Positions 1-17,510 of a stretch of 64,000 nucleotides of DNA are shown piece by piece. Under the pieces are notes generated by a model. The model saw only the letters and a program-made list of their open reading frames with translations, was not told where the DNA came from and did no database searches. Each line of letters starts with the position of its first letter. Within the stretch, counting starts at the first letter, position 1. The position numbers and the translations under genes were made by a program. The DNA is from the human T2T-CHM13v2.0 reference genome, Homo sapiens. The stretch is taken from assembly GCF_009914755.1 (NCBI RefSeq), contig NC_060925.1; one strand, 5' to 3'.

Positions 1-404
1 GGAGGGGCTAACTGCTGAGGATTATCACATCTAGGCCAGAAATGTCAGCGGGGCTCCTTTCTCTCAGCTGGGAGAACACGTGGGTGCTCCCTCATAAACC
101 CTCTTCAGGCAGGGTTAGAGCAGTAGCTTTTTTTTTTTTAACCAGTTTACAAAGAGCTTGCCTAAACATAATGCCCTAATCATCCAGAGAAATCAGTGTT
201 ACTCAGTTTTGTGGGGGAGAGCTACTGAACTATTTAATCATCTTAGCAGGGTGTTACCCTCCCTGTTTATAGACAAGGGAGATTGAATGACTGTCCCCGG
301 TCATGCAGCATGGGGTGGCAGGATAAAAGCAGGGTCTAGACCTTTTGGCTGTAATCCCAGCACCCGCACAGCTCCCGAGCTGTTCTAGGGCCACACCCTG
401 GCCC

Positions 405-740
405 ACCATTCAGTCATTCAACAAATACTTATTGAAAGCTACTATGTCAGGTGCTGTTCTGGGTGTCTGGGCCACATCCATGGATAAAAACAAAGATCTG
501 TGTTCTGAAGACACTTACATTTGATCTGGAATGGGGACGGGGCAGAAATAGACAATAAACACAGCAAATAGTAAAGGTATAAAGTGTGTGTTTGAAGGTG
601 GTAAGTGCTATGGAAAAAAATTCAAAGTCATCCCAGATTTGAAGGATCAATGGATCGTTGAGAGGGGGGAGCCAATTGCTATTGTCAACAGGGAGCTCGA
701 GGTGGAAGGGATAATATTGGCAACACTTCAGGAGGCTTTT
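405..740 (-). mobile_element. L2 fragment
   Basis: cattcaacaaatacttattga...ctactatgtcaggtgctgttctggg = antisense L2 3' end. Confidence 0.7.
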
Positions 741-2624
741 GTGAGGGCTAAAGGGGAAGAAGATGCAGGTACAGTGCCGGGCCCCGAGCCTGGCACATGG
801 GTGCTTAGAGGTGCTCACTAGGGTGGCTGTTATTACTGCCACAGTCCTGTCTCCCTCACGGGACTGGTCAGTGTTTTCCAAGAACCCTCATGCCAAGGTT
901 CAGCCTAAAATAGACAGGCAGCTTAAATTACTCACAGACTGGACAACGTGGTCAAGGTCCTGCCTGGCCCAGAGCGTGGTGATACAAACTACCCCAGGTC
1001 CGTGTGGAGGCCACTGTCTGCTTTGTGTGATATGTCCATAGCTAAGCCAGTGGGGTAGGCCCTGCCAGGGGGACCAGTTGCTGTCTCTGTGGTTTATGAT
1101 CAAAATAGAAGCTGGAAAGCCAGAGTAGAATAGAGCAATGCTGAAAGAAAGGGCAGTGTAAGGCCAGGGTTCCCCCAGACTCCTGTAGACTGGGAGCCCC
1201 TGCACCCCAGCACTGTGTTGCTAGGCGACGGTCCAGGGATTGAGGACGGCCAGCAAAGGCCGGCAGGACTGGGGTCCATTTGCTTCTTCGACTGCTGCTG
1301 GCTCTGGTGCTTGCTCTGGGGGAGAGGAGGTCTTAATTGTAGGCAGAGGAAGCAACTAATTACGTGGGATGACTAAAGTCACCCTTGACCCTATGCGTCT
1401 GCCTCGGTGTCTGCAGTTTTACCTTTAGCAACTCGTTCAAGTCAAGACTCTGGCATCCTAACATTTTTGGTGTGTGAAATTTTTGGTTCAAACAAAATTT
1501 TAACTTAGAAGCATGAACAAGAAAAAGATATTTTAAAATATTGCTCCATTAATGGGGGACTCTCTACTTCCCCCTTTGAAGGGGCTGGCTTTCTTCTAAA
1601 ACCCTAGACTCTGGAGCATAATTTGAAAATCAGTGGGTTAAAGTATTGCAGCCACCCTGTTAAAAAGTAAACAGCCTTGGTTTGATAAAATATTAAGCTA
1701 TTTTAAAATTACTGATACATGATGGCAGGTGGCAATGTTTTCCTGTGTAGGGAGGAGGAGGGGGATAATAGACTCCTTAGAGGATCTGAAGTCATACAAT
1801 GGACCCACTGCCCAGAAAAATGCACATATCTGAAATTCTGCATCTGGCCGTATATGGGCAATGATCCATGGGCCATAGGTTAAGGACCCCTGTCTTGTGG
1901 GATATTTGTTTATGTGATTTACTTTCAAATGGGGTAAATATTTAAGGCTTGGAGCACAGAAGAATGAGTTTTGAAAAGGGGAGGAAGGAGAAGAAGAGCT
2001 AGAGAATCAGGATCTTGGTGGTAGAGGCCAGGAATGTGTGTTTTTAACATGATCTCCAGGCAGTTTTGATCAGACAAACATAGGCCTCAGAGGTCTAGAG
2101 CTGGTGCACCCAGGCCCTATTGAGTCAGCAGTCCTAAGGGAGTGGGAGGAGGGAGGGAGGGAGGAGCCCAGCTGCCTTTCCCAGGCTTCAGTGTGACCAG
2201 CTGGAGAACAATGGGAAACGTCCTCTTCCCTCAGCCCTCCTCTTCACAATGGGACACAGTGAGGTCGCAGTGCCCCTGAGCCTCAACCAGTCCATCCACC
2301 CAAAGCCTGAGCAGAGGAACTCTGAAGCAAAAAGTACAGAAACCAGGAGTTCACAAAACACCCGCAAGGGCTGGGCCTGAGAGAAAGTCTCATCTGGGGA
2401 ACTCATGTTCCAAATTCTGACATTTCTCCATGGTTTTCCATGTTCCTATGCTAAGTGGAATTCATTGGTACTTCCCAGCAAAGGGCTAGTCTCTCCCTAA
2501 CAGTCAGGGAACTTTTAGAGTTTGTCAGAAGTAACACAGAGCTTCCATTAATTTGGGGTTGATTAATGGAATCTGTTCTGGTCTGGGTCAGGTACTTTCC
2601 AGGCAAAGAAGCATTTGTAACTAA

Positions 2625-2992
<368 letters not shown>

Positions 2993-3482
2993 TGCTAATT
3001 TTGACATTCTCCCCGAAGAATCTGCTTTTTAGGGACTATGAGAGGAGAAGAGAAACTTCTCTTCTGAAAGCAGATCCTTTGGGAACAAGGGAAGAAGTGG
3101 CCTCCTCCAGACCCCAAGGCATCCAGTCTAAAGTTGGCTCCAGACAAAACCCAGGTTTACTTAAGAACCTGTTTCTTGACACAGATCCTGTCCCAGCCAA
3201 GACAAACCCAAGTCATGTTGATCTTCTGCTTCCTTTCCTACTTGTGACTTTATGCAGCAGTGGTTTTTAGACTCAGAATGTGAGACACCTGCTTGGCTCT
3301 GTCTTTTCTCTCTGGGAGGTAGGGGAGGTAGGGAAGTTGTTCCCTTTTTCCCAATAGTCTTTGGGTAGTTATTCTTAGCCCTGTTAATGTTTTACTCAAA
3401 TATAGCCATTTATCAAAATTGTGGAGTTAATATTTGTTCATTTCAATGTATATAAATTTTACCTTTTAAAAAAGGACCATGA

Positions 3483-3803
3483 GGCCGGCATGGTGGTTCA
3501 CACCTGAATCCCAGCACTTTGGGAGGCTGAGGCAGGCAGATCGCTTTGAGCTCAGGAGTTCAAGACCAGCCTGGGCAACATGGCAAAACCCCATCTCTAT
3601 TAAAAATACAAAAAAATTATCCAGGCATGGTGGTGCATGCCTGTAATCCCAGCTATTCGGGAGGCTGAGGTGAGAGGATGGCCTGAGTTCGGGAGTTCAA
3701 GGCTGCAGTTGCAGTGAGCCGAGATCACACCACTGCACTCCAGCCTGGGTGGTGGAGTTAGACCCTGTCTCCAAAAAAAAAAAAAAAAAAAGAAAGAAAA
3801 AAA
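3483..3803 (+). mobile_element. AluJ
   Basis: Full length; TSD aaaaaaggacca. Confidence 0.9.
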
Positions 3804-4039
3804 GGACCACGAAAAATGAAAAATGACAGTCTCATGTGGGGAGGAGCAGGTGGAGGCAGATGTAGTGGGGTAGAGATAGATAAAGAACGGCAGAAATTGG
3901 TGAGTATTGAAGTTGGGCAATGAGATGGGGCTCATTGCACTGTTTTGTTTTTTTAATATATATTTGAAATAATGTATTTCAAATTTGCCATAATAGGTTT
4001 TATAAATTTACCACATCAAAAAGTAAAAGTGGAAGAAAA

Positions 4040-5217
<1,178 letters not shown>

Positions 5218-5994
5218 CTAATCTTAGAAGTTCAACTGTCTCATTTTACAGATGAGGAGACTGAGGGTAGAATGAATCGAATGACCACCAAGGTCTTTTG
5301 TTCCTCGTCTCAGAGACTGTTTGTTTTACTTCACCACTAGCCCTCGTATCCCCTGAGGACCTTCGCAGCCTGGGGAGTGCCCATTGTTAATCCCTGGAGG
5401 CCCCATTTGAGGGGCTTTCCAGACAGTCTGGGCCATCCGTTGCAGTCATCATTGGCCAGCTGGGCTGGAGAAGTGCCCTGGCAGGAAGAAGAAGGCTGGT
5501 AGAACAGTAGACCTCACTGCCACCTGGTCACCTTGTGCTTCTCCCTTGGAGTGTTCTGACCAGTCATCCGTGTCTTCTTAGCTCTGCTGTTGCAGGGGTT
5601 ATTTCGAAGCAACTAGGGTAAATGTCTGGGGGAGCTGGCTTGTCCTGGCTTTCAAACCACCATCACTTGGAAGAGAAATGATGTGGTTTAATGGTTAGTC
5701 AGATCGGAGTTAGAGATGTGTTACTGTCTTTGCCACAGTCCTTAGACACCAAGACCCTGCTCCGGAGAAATGGGGGCAAGCAACAGCTTGCAATGGCAAC
5801 TAAACCTCTTTGGGATGTGTGTTTATGTGTGTTTATATCTCCTCCCCGTCCCATCCTTGCTAGCACACTCCCCACCACATACACATAAAAGCTCTAGAAA
5901 TCAACAGGTTTTAAACACCACTGCTTCACCAGAACCTAGCACATAACAGGCCCTCAGTACGTGCTTGTTGAATGTGGGATGAGTGAACATCATT

Positions 5995-6295
<301 letters not shown>

Positions 6296-6668
6296 GTGAA
6301 CATCATTTTCTTAGAATGTAGAAGAACAGACATATTCCAAGTTAACAATGTCTTCTGAGATATTGTTCCTGAGCTATATAAACATTTTATATTTTATAAT
6401 AAAATAAAAAATAAAATATATTCTGAGACATTTAAACATTTTAATTCTAAAAGAACAGAATGTTTGAACAAAAATTAGCACTTAATATTTATTTGCACAA
6501 CTGCAATGCAATGTTTTTGAAAGCTGTCAATAGTGAACAAATAAGCGTGAGGGAACACCACAGCCCGGGTATGTCCAGTGACACTGCTACAATGTGCACT
6601 CTGCCTGCTGCCTTCCACTCCTCCCTCTTTGTATTTCTGAGTTTGGCCAATCATTTGGATGGTGATTA

Positions 6669-6966
<298 letters not shown>

Positions 6967-7134
6967 TATATATAGATTTATATTTTATAAAAATATTTTT
7001 TATTTTGGAGATATTTCTCAAATTTAGACTATCAGATCATCAGACTTTTACCTTCTAGAGTACTCAATAGAATAACTCAGAGGTTAGGCATGTTCTCTAG
7101 GATCTGTGGTATCACCTATTTAAAAAAAAAATAA

Positions 7135-7440
7135 AATTGTGGTAAAATACACATAATGAAATTTACCAGCTTAACCATTTTTAAGTCTACGGTTCAGTGG
7201 CATGAAGTACATTCACACTGTTGTGCTACCATCGGCACCACCATCGTCATTATCCACAGAACTGTCTTACAAAATTGAAATGCTGTACTCATCAAACAGT
7301 AAGTCCCCATCCTGCTCCTCTAGCCCCTGACAGACACCATTCTTTCTGTCTCTATGAATTTGACTACTATGTACCTTGTATAAGTAGAATCATACAGCAT
7401 TTGTCTTTATGACTGGCTTATTTCACTTGGCATGATTTTT
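7135..7440 (-). mobile_element. L1M (L1MB-like) 3' end
   Basis: ttgtggtaaaatacacataa...aaatttacca...gttcagtggcat...tacattcaca. Confidence 0.8.
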
Positions 7441-8039
7441 ATGTTTTTATTCTGTGGAGTTTGGTTGGGGGGCACCAAGGCCAGCCCTAGGTAGAACTGG
7501 GAAGTAAGGAGGGGCCTTATCCCCCGCTGCCCCACTTTCCTGCCCCATCCCTCCCTCAGTTCCCACCCACTTGAGGTCCCTGCTCAGTGGCTAAATGTCT
7601 TCATCCCCCTCATCCCATCTTCCACTTATCAGCAAAGAGCATCTGATTGGCCTCGTGTGGGTCATGTGTCCATCCATGGCAGAGGAAGGTGGGCCACCTC
7701 ACTTGACAATCCCATCAAGACTCTGTATGTAATAAGGAGGCAATAGTTCCTCCCAGAGAGGTGCTTCTCTCAGAAGAAGGGGGGTGGACACTGGGCAGGC
7801 ACAAACAATAGATGTCTTTGTTGAACCTCCAACAAGGTACAAAATGCCTTTCCGCCTTCCCATTGCACACAGCTTTGGACTTGGGTCCCTTCCCCTTGGG
7901 CCTTGTTTGCAAAATTTTTTATCTACTTGGCTTTCCTTGCAGTTTTTAGCAGCTTGAAAGCCAGTGCTGTGCCCCAGACACAGTATGTAAGTGTGACAGG
8001 AGCCTACACAGGCTGCTCTCAAACACCGGCAGCCTTGAA

Positions 8040-8220
8040 AACAGATTCTGGACTCAGATAGCCTGGGTCCAATCCTGGTTTGGCAGTTCCTGGCTGTGTG
8101 GCTTTGAGCAAGTGACTTTGCCTCTCAATGACTCAATTTTCCCATCTGTAAAATGGTAAAATAATTTACCATTGAATTGTTTTGGAGATTGGAAAACCTA
8201 CTGTGTGATGTGCTTGACCT
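8040..8220. mobile_element. MIR
   Basis: Core gctgtgtggctttgagcaagtgac...cccatctgtaaaatgg. Confidence 0.75.
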
Positions 8221-8712
8221 ACATCATCTTAATCATGCTCACAGAGGGCCCTATCGCACATGGGGAAAAGGCACTCCCTCTCTGGGCAGATGCAACACCT
8301 GAATAGGGCATACCACCTAGCATGCAAGACTTGAGCTAGATTTCACCCTCCACTCATGCCCTGAGCTAGGTAACCTTATGAATAGCCTGCATAACTATAC
8401 AGCAGCCCAGCCCCTCTATGATGCAGGAGTTTGTATATCCCCATTTTTCAATGAGGCAGCTATGGCTTAGGGAAGTCAAGCACCATGTGGGAAGGGGCGG
8501 TGGGATCACTTCTAATTTGCCTATTTACTTAGGGCACATGAAAGAGGCTAACCCAGTCCCTAGGACTCTCCTCCACCTGAATTGTGGACCACATCTCTGT
8601 CATCAGCTAACCAGCTTAAACCTTATTCATCTTCCACAGTGGATGGTAATGAAGTACAGCTCTAGCATCTAACCCATAGATTACCTCCAATCTCTAGTCT
8701 ATAAACAGTTCC

Positions 8713-9005
8713 TTTTTTTATTTGAGACAGGGTCTCACTCTGTCATCTGGGCTGGAATGTAGTGGTACAATCACGGCTCACTGCAGCCTCAACCTCCCAG
8801 GCTCAGGTCATCCTCCCACCTTGGCCTGCTGAGTGGCTGGAACTACAGGCACATGCCACCACGACCGATTAATTTTTGTATGTTTAGTAGAGACGGGGTT
8901 TCACCATGATGGCCAGGCTGGTCTCAAACTCCTCACCTCAAGTAATTCGCCCACCTTGACCTCCCAAAGTGCCAGAATTACAGGTGTGAGCCACTGCGTC
9001 TGGCC
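8713..9005 (-). mobile_element. AluJ/S
   Basis: Alu consensus match. Confidence 0.88.
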
Positions 9006-9711
9006 TCTAAACTGTTACTTTGATAATCATTTTTAAAAGTAACAGATACTATTTTGAAAGCAAGTGGTGGGAAGGTAGAAGGAAGGACAGATTTCCATCC
9101 AGATACCATCCTGACTTGACAGTTTTCTTTTTTTTTTTTTTTTTGGTCATTTCAGCAGTCCATTCAATACCTAGACAGTAAGGACTAAAAATATTGTGAG
9201 TCTGAGTGAATTCTTCTAGAACTGAAAGATCAGTGTTACCGACAGATCAGTCAATACAGGCAAAGCATATTCCAGTTTCAGGGTTTTTTTCCTCTTCCTT
9301 CTCATGTGCCCAGGAGTATTACATGGCTGGGTGACGCTACGGAAGGATGCGCTAACTACAGTTCCCCACCCTCTCATTTCTAAACCCTTCCTTTGTTTTT
9401 CTGATGAACAGGCAGCACCCACTGCCTGCTGTGTCCCATTTAGCAGTGTAATTTGGGTGTGCGTCATAGAATTGTGCACAGGGAGGGGGAAGGAGTTACG
9501 TGCTGGATGTATATACTGAACGTGTTTATGTGCTCCTTTGTAGACCTGCACTTTATGCAAATTATATACTTTCAGACAGATCACTGAGTAAACTGAGTAA
9601 CAGATCACTGAGTAAACTGTCAGGGAATTGATGTGTTTGCAGAACGCTGAATATAATTGAGGAGTCCTGCCAGTTCTATCCCTGGTTTAACTCTCTCTAA
9701 GCTTATGTCTT

Positions 9712-10010
<299 letters not shown>

Positions 10011-10464
10011 CTAAGCTTATGTCTTGAATGGTGTGATCTCAAAGTGTAGTTCAGATTTGAAACAGGTGTATTAGAACCAGCCACCTTGAATTAATATCCC
10101 CAAGTGGCATGAAGTAAATGAGCATATATTGAAAGGGAAATTTTCTTAGGCTTGGAACCACCATTTCCTCAGCAAACCTCCCACCTGAGTGAGACCCAGG
10201 GGACATCAAATGAAAGACGATGAAAAGTAATGGATTTGGCCCATGTGCCTCTAAGAGGCCAATGCAGTCAGAATGAACTGAGATGATCTTCGAACAGATT
10301 AGATATTTTAACACCAATTCTTGGGCCTCAGAAGTGAGCCTGGCTGCTGGCACACAACCAACACTGTCATGTTTAATTTTTAGATTTGGCTGTTAAATTT
10401 GGCCCTGTGTGAGTCTGTGTTTGGTCAGAGTCTATAAGGGTGGAGGAGGATTCCTGGTGGGAAG

Positions 10465-10640
10465 GCCTGGTTTCTAGCTCAGTGACTTATCGGCTGCGTG
10501 ACTTTGGACAAGCTATCACACCACTGAGAGTCATTTTCTCATCTGTACAATGAAGGAAACAACCCCTGGTCTACTTGCCTTATAGGGAGTCGTGAAGATG
10601 AAACGAGATGGTATTTGGGAACTGTGAACACACTACACAA
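10465..10640. mobile_element. MIR
   Basis: gctgcgtgactttggacaag...ctcatctgtacaatg. Confidence 0.65.
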
Positions 10641-10968
10641 AAGACCAGCATGAATATGTTCAGAAGCACCACACAGTCCTTTCTGCCTTGCTCACTCAAT
10701 TCTCCATTTAATTTATACACAGTGGATTTTACCCCTCATTCTTGCAGCAAAACCCTTTTGAGAGTATCATTTTAAGAAGTGGATTGACATCATATATGTA
10801 TAGTTGCCCTATTTGTCCTCAGAGTCTGAGATGAGGAAAAGACAAGAATTATTGGGAAAAATAGACCCAGAGAGGGCACAAAGAATTCCCATCCTGATGT
10901 TCTTTCTTTCCTAGATGACATTGACATCTACATCCAAAGCCAAAGATTCTGGTCAAGAGTTAATCTAT

Positions 10969-11145
10969 TGGCTGGGCATGGTGTTGCATGTAGTGGCTCC
11001 TGTAGTCTCAGCTACTTGGGAAGCTGAGGTGGGAGGATCACTTGAGCCCAGGAAGTCAAGATTACAGTGAGCCATCATCACGCCACCGCACTCCAGCCTG
11101 GGTGACAGAGCAAGAGACTGTCTAAAAAAAAAAAAAAGAAAAGAA
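10969..11145 (+). mobile_element. Alu right monomer (FRAM/AluJ)
   Basis: Single arm with A tail. Confidence 0.85.
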
Positions 11146-11169
11146 ACTACATCTTTACCATATTGCAAC

Positions 11170-11352
11170 AAGTCTGAAATGCCACTGCTTCTAAGACACC
11201 ATTTTTTTAATGTGTCATCAAGAAAGAAAAAGCTCTCTATCCCTTAAAACATAACACAATTCTTCCTTACTGTGTCAATTTTAAGACACGTCTTGATTTC
11301 ATAGATGTTAGATGTGGAAAAAGCGTGCATCTTGGAATAGATGAAATGCAGT
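11170..11352. mobile_element. TcMar-Tc2 (MER104-like) DNA transposon relic
   Basis: aagacacgtcttgatttca...gtgcatcttggaatagatgaaat resembles the Tc2-type terminal sequence. Confidence 0.45.
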
Positions 11353-11902
11353 GTGTTTACCTATCCCCAAAAATAAAGCTTATTCCTTTTGATCCTGACG
11401 CATTATTAGATTAGCAAACTTCAAAACTTGTATTTTTTGTCTTAGCTCCTTGACGTTATACATGTTATGCAATCAGGCTATCACGTGGGTTAAAGGGGGA
11501 CATTAATTCTATTTTTCTTATGCATACAGTAATACAAAATACCTCTGGGCTTGAATATAGTTTTAGGTAAGTGTAGATTGTAAAATACTTGTCAGAGCCA
11601 AAATCATCACTAATTCCATGGTCTGTTGTTTATTACCAGATTTAAAGGAGGAAGAAACGCTTAAGGGCATTTGGCACATCAATTGTGTTTTCTTTGTTCT
11701 GAGTGGAACTGTTTGTTGTTGTTGTTTTACTTAATGCTTGATTTGGTTGTTTTGTTGTTATTCCATTTATTTTTAGCTCAGGTAAAACAATTAAACTATG
11801 AGTTTCCCATTGCACAGACAAATTAGGGATGAACAGGCTCAAGTGAGAGCACATCACCTGCCTCGGCCAAATATATTTTCATAAAATGCAATTGGGAATT
11901 CA

Positions 11903-12418
<516 letters not shown>

Positions 12419-12711
12419 TTACCTTTCCCACGTTCCTCTGCTCCATAAGGACACTACTTAAACATAACAACAAAGAGAGTCACACACAAAAATGATTTCT
12501 AGGGACTAGACCATGGCTGGGTGGAAGGGAATGATCCAAATCATTGTAGTTCTTGTACTCGGTTCATAATCATCAGCTCCCTGCCGGGGGTCCCAGGGCC
12601 CATTTCTGAGAGGATGAGCATCAGTAGCCATGGTGCTGGGAAGTGGGTGGGAAGCTGTTAATGTTTGATCACTGCTAATGCACATTTCGCCCACTGTTCT
12701 CTCCCCTGCAG

Positions 12712-12832
12712 TCTGAGTACCACTATGAGTACACGGCGTGTGACAGCACGGGTTCCAGGTGGAGGGTCGCCGTGCCGCATACCCCGGGCCTGTGCACCAG
12801 CCTGCCTGACCCCGTCAAGGGCACCGAGTGCT
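12712..12832 (+). CDS. ELAPOR1: Exon 2 (121 nt): [11 protein letters not shown]...PVKGTEC
   Basis: ctcccctgcag| acceptor, |gtaagc donor, phase 0-1. Confidence 0.97.
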
Positions 12833-13779
12833 GTAAGCAGCTATCCTGCTCAGGGCCTCCCTGTCACTCAGCTTTGGTCTCTCCCCCAAGTCTCCTGCCA
12901 TCCAATCTGGGCCCTTCCTGGCAGAGCAGCTGCATTAAGGAATCAGATCTTTTCCCCAATTAGTCCCCACATCCCAGACCCTTATGAGATTTGGTGCAGA
13001 AGTATTTCATGAATGCAAACTGGATATCTGAATTTGCTTTCATTTTTTAAAGGAATTTAAATCCCATCAGTGGATACAGCATAAGCAATGCCAGCTGTGT
13101 GCACTCAGATATTCTTTTCTGTTTGCATACATTTTCATTTTTGCCTTGTATGTCTCTCCAATCTACACTCACTCTCCAGCCACAATCAGTCATTAGGCAA
13201 GATTGAGATTTGCTTTCGTTCTTAAAAAGGAAGTCAGAGAGGCTAAGTTTCTGCAGAGACGTCCTTTAAAATGCTCCAGGCATCACTTCAGGAGACAAGA
13301 ATCTTCTTGACTGTGGGTCTGATTGTGCAATAGGAAAGGCAGTGGCTTGCCGCAGCCCCAGCACCCGCCTCTGTGACTCTGCAGTCACAACTTTTCTACA
13401 ATTGGCAGCTGTTTCCCCTGCATTATTCTTTTAGGAATGCAAAGGGAATAACAAGAAAAACCAGGCACTAGATTTAAGGAATTATCTGAAGAGTTGGAAA
13501 GGAGTTTGAAGATATTTAAATTCTAAAATCAGCTTAGTACAGTGCCTGGTTGAGTAAGTGAGCAAATAAATACTTGTTAAATTAATGACTGGATATTGCT
13601 GAGACCTGAGCAGAACTGAGGTGTGACTAGTGGAAACAAATGAGCCATCTTCATTGAACTCTGCTGACTTCAGTGAGTCCCACTATGTGTTAGCACCATG
13701 ATGTGCACATGCAGTGTGAACTGCAAAGACAAATAAGGCACACTCTCTGCTTTCAGAAGCTTAGGGTGGTGGAAAGTGC

Positions 13780-14650
<871 letters not shown>

Positions 14651-14851
14651 GAAAGGCAGAGGCCAGAGGCTCAAGGGAGAAATTCAAGGCTGAAGGGCCA
14701 TGTGTCATTCAGAGGGGTCAGCACAAGAGACCTTGGCATCTTCTTCACCAGAGAGCTCTCAGAATGGTCAGGGCACCTCTCCAAAGGAAACGAGTGCCAG
14801 GAACAAGCCCAAAGTCCCACAGCAAGGCAGAGCATCCGTGGCCCTAGATCT

Positions 14852-15110
14852 ATTTTTTTTATAACAGCTTTATTGGTATATAATTTATATGCCATGAAAT
14901 TCATTCCTTTAAGGATAAAATTCAGTGGTTTTTAGAATATTCACAGCAACCATCATCACTCTCATTTCACATTTTAATCATCCTAAAAAGAAACCTCATA
15001 TTATTAGCAATCTCTCCCCAGGCCCCTCCCCACAGCCCCTGGCAACCACAAATCTACTTTCTGTCTCTATGGCTTCGCCTCTTTTGGCCGTTCCATACAA
15101 ATAGAATGAC
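14852..15110 (-). mobile_element. L1M 3' end
   Basis: aacagctttattg...ccctggcaaccacaaatctactttctgtctctatgg. Confidence 0.8.
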
Positions 15111-15317
15111 ACATAGCAAGGAATATCACTGCTGAAAAAAAAATTTTTTTAAGAAAAATAAAATCAAATCACACAGTAAATGCCATGGCCCTAAATCTTA
15201 GTGGGCCAAACTCCTAGACCCCAACCCAGCGCTCCTCCCTTCAGCTGCTCGCAGCCCATTCACTTCTGGGGCTGCAGTGACCTCACTGCCCCACCTTGTC
15301 TCTGCCCTGTTTTCCAG

Positions 15318-15510
15318 CCTTCTCCTGCAACGCCGGGGAGTTTCTGGATATGAAGGACCAGTCATGTAAGCCATGCGCTGAGGGCCGCTACTCCCTCGGC
15401 ACAGGCATTCGGTTTGATGAGTGGGATGAGCTGCCCCATGGCTTTGCCAGCCTCTCAGCCAACATGGAGCTGGATGACAGTGCTGCTGAGTCCACCGGGA
15501 ACTGTACTTC
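15318..15510 (+). CDS. ELAPOR1: Exon 3 (193 nt): [10 protein letters not shown]...STGNCT
   Basis: tgttttccag|, |gtgagt; ORF track 15296..15514. Confidence 0.97.
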
Positions 15511-15826
15511 GTGAGTCTGCACACACCCCCACCCCACCCCCAGCCCACTGGGTAAGGGGCTACAGGGCACACTGGACAGCCTCCTCCGCTGCCCCTCAGG
15601 CTGGGCAGGGAGGATGGAGGGAAGAGGAAGCCAGGCTGCCAGGGTGAGGCCTGCAGCTGTGCCCGCAAGACCAGTGGATGTGACTCTGCCTGGCCCACTC
15701 TTACTGGCCTAAACTTACCAGTGATGGACAGGCATTTGTGGGAGGTAAAAAACATGAGGAAATAAGAGAGTGGACAAGGGGGGCAAGGGTTAAATGGCCC
15801 AGTCTATTTAAAACAAAACCCAATTG

Positions 15827-16121
15827 GAGCTGGGCACAGTGACTCACCCCTGTAATCCCAGCACTTTGAGAGGCTAATGTGGGAGGATTGCCTGAGGCCA
15901 AGAGTTTGAGACCAGCCTGGGAAACATAGCGAGACCCCTGTCTCTACAAAAAGTTAAAAAATTTGCCAGGTGTGGTGGTGCATGTCCGTAGTCCCAGCTA
16001 CTCGAGAGGCTGAGGCAAGAGGATAACTTGAGCCTAGGAGTTCAAGGTTAGACTGAGCTATGACCGCACCACTGTACCCCTGGATAACAGAGCAAGACCC
16101 TGTCTCATTGAAAAACAAAAA
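15827..16121 (+). mobile_element. AluJ
   Basis: Alu consensus match. Confidence 0.88.
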
Positions 16122-16123
16122 CC

Positions 16124-16447
16124 GGCAGGGCGCGGTGGCTCACGCCTGTAATCCCAGCACTCTGGGAGGCCGAGGCGGGTGGATCACTTGAGGTCAGGAG
16201 TTCAAGACCAACCTGGCCATGGTGAAACCCCGTCTCTACTAAAAATACAAAAAATTAGCCAGGCCTGGTGGTGCATACCTGTGATCTCAGCGACTCGGGA
16301 GGCTGAGGCAGGAGAATCGCTTGAACTGGGAAGCGGAAGTTGCAGTGAGCTGAGATCGCACCATTGCACTCCAGCCTGGGCAACAAGAGTGAAACTCCGT
16401 CTTAAAAAAAAAAAAAAAAGAAAAACAAAAACAAAAACCAAAAAAAC
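16124..16447 (+). mobile_element. AluS, inserted at the tail of the preceding AluJ
   Basis: Alu consensus match. Confidence 0.9.
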
Positions 16448-16556
16448 CAACCGGATTTCCACCACGGAATTTCAGATCAGCCAATATACTTTCTCAGCTT
16501 GACTGGAACACAATATGCAAAGCTTGGGTATCTTCCCGGCTTGGGTGCTAACTTCT

Positions 16557-17166
<610 letters not shown>

Positions 17167-17319
17167 TGCTAACTTCTGAAACTGATTCTGCCTAGCCTTT
17201 GCCCAGTGCTGGCTGAAATCTTCCAAATGCTGTGAGACCCCAATGACTAGCAAATTTTCTTGGAAAGCTCAGTCCAGGGTGCTTGGAGAACTGGATATCT
17301 ATTTCAGATATGTCTTTTG

Positions 17320-17510
17320 TAGGCCAGGCACTATTCTGGATGCTTTACATATATTATTTTCTCTAATTCTCACAAGAACCTTGTGAAATAGGCATTACTA
17401 TTTCTATTACAGAGACGAGGAACTGGAAGCTCAGCAAGGTTATGACCTGCTCTTTGTTATCCGGTTTACAGCCGGCGAGATTGAAATTCGAACCCAAGCT
17501 TCCACTGCTC
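17320..17510. mobile_element. MIR
   Basis: taattctcacaagaaccttgtgaaatagg...ttacagagacgaggaactg. Confidence 0.75.

Noticed and set aside
1375-1391. ERE-like AAGTCA-ccct-TGACCC
   Set aside because: The spacer is 4 nt rather than 3 and the half-site is imperfect; I found no perfect ERE by eye
3962-3984. Short AT-rich hairpin atttgaaata-atg-tatttcaaat, and similar small repeats near 5203, 8152, 12320 and 38565
   Set aside because: Arms or units of 9-17 nt in low-complexity or repeat context; unremarkable
15198-15755. 185-aa minus-strand ORF
   Set aside because: It is the antisense shadow of GC-rich exon 3 and its flanks, with no recognisable domain
17437-17448. AGGTTATGACCT, a near-TREpal IR0
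   Set aside because: It is a mismatched motif inside a MIR and expected by chance
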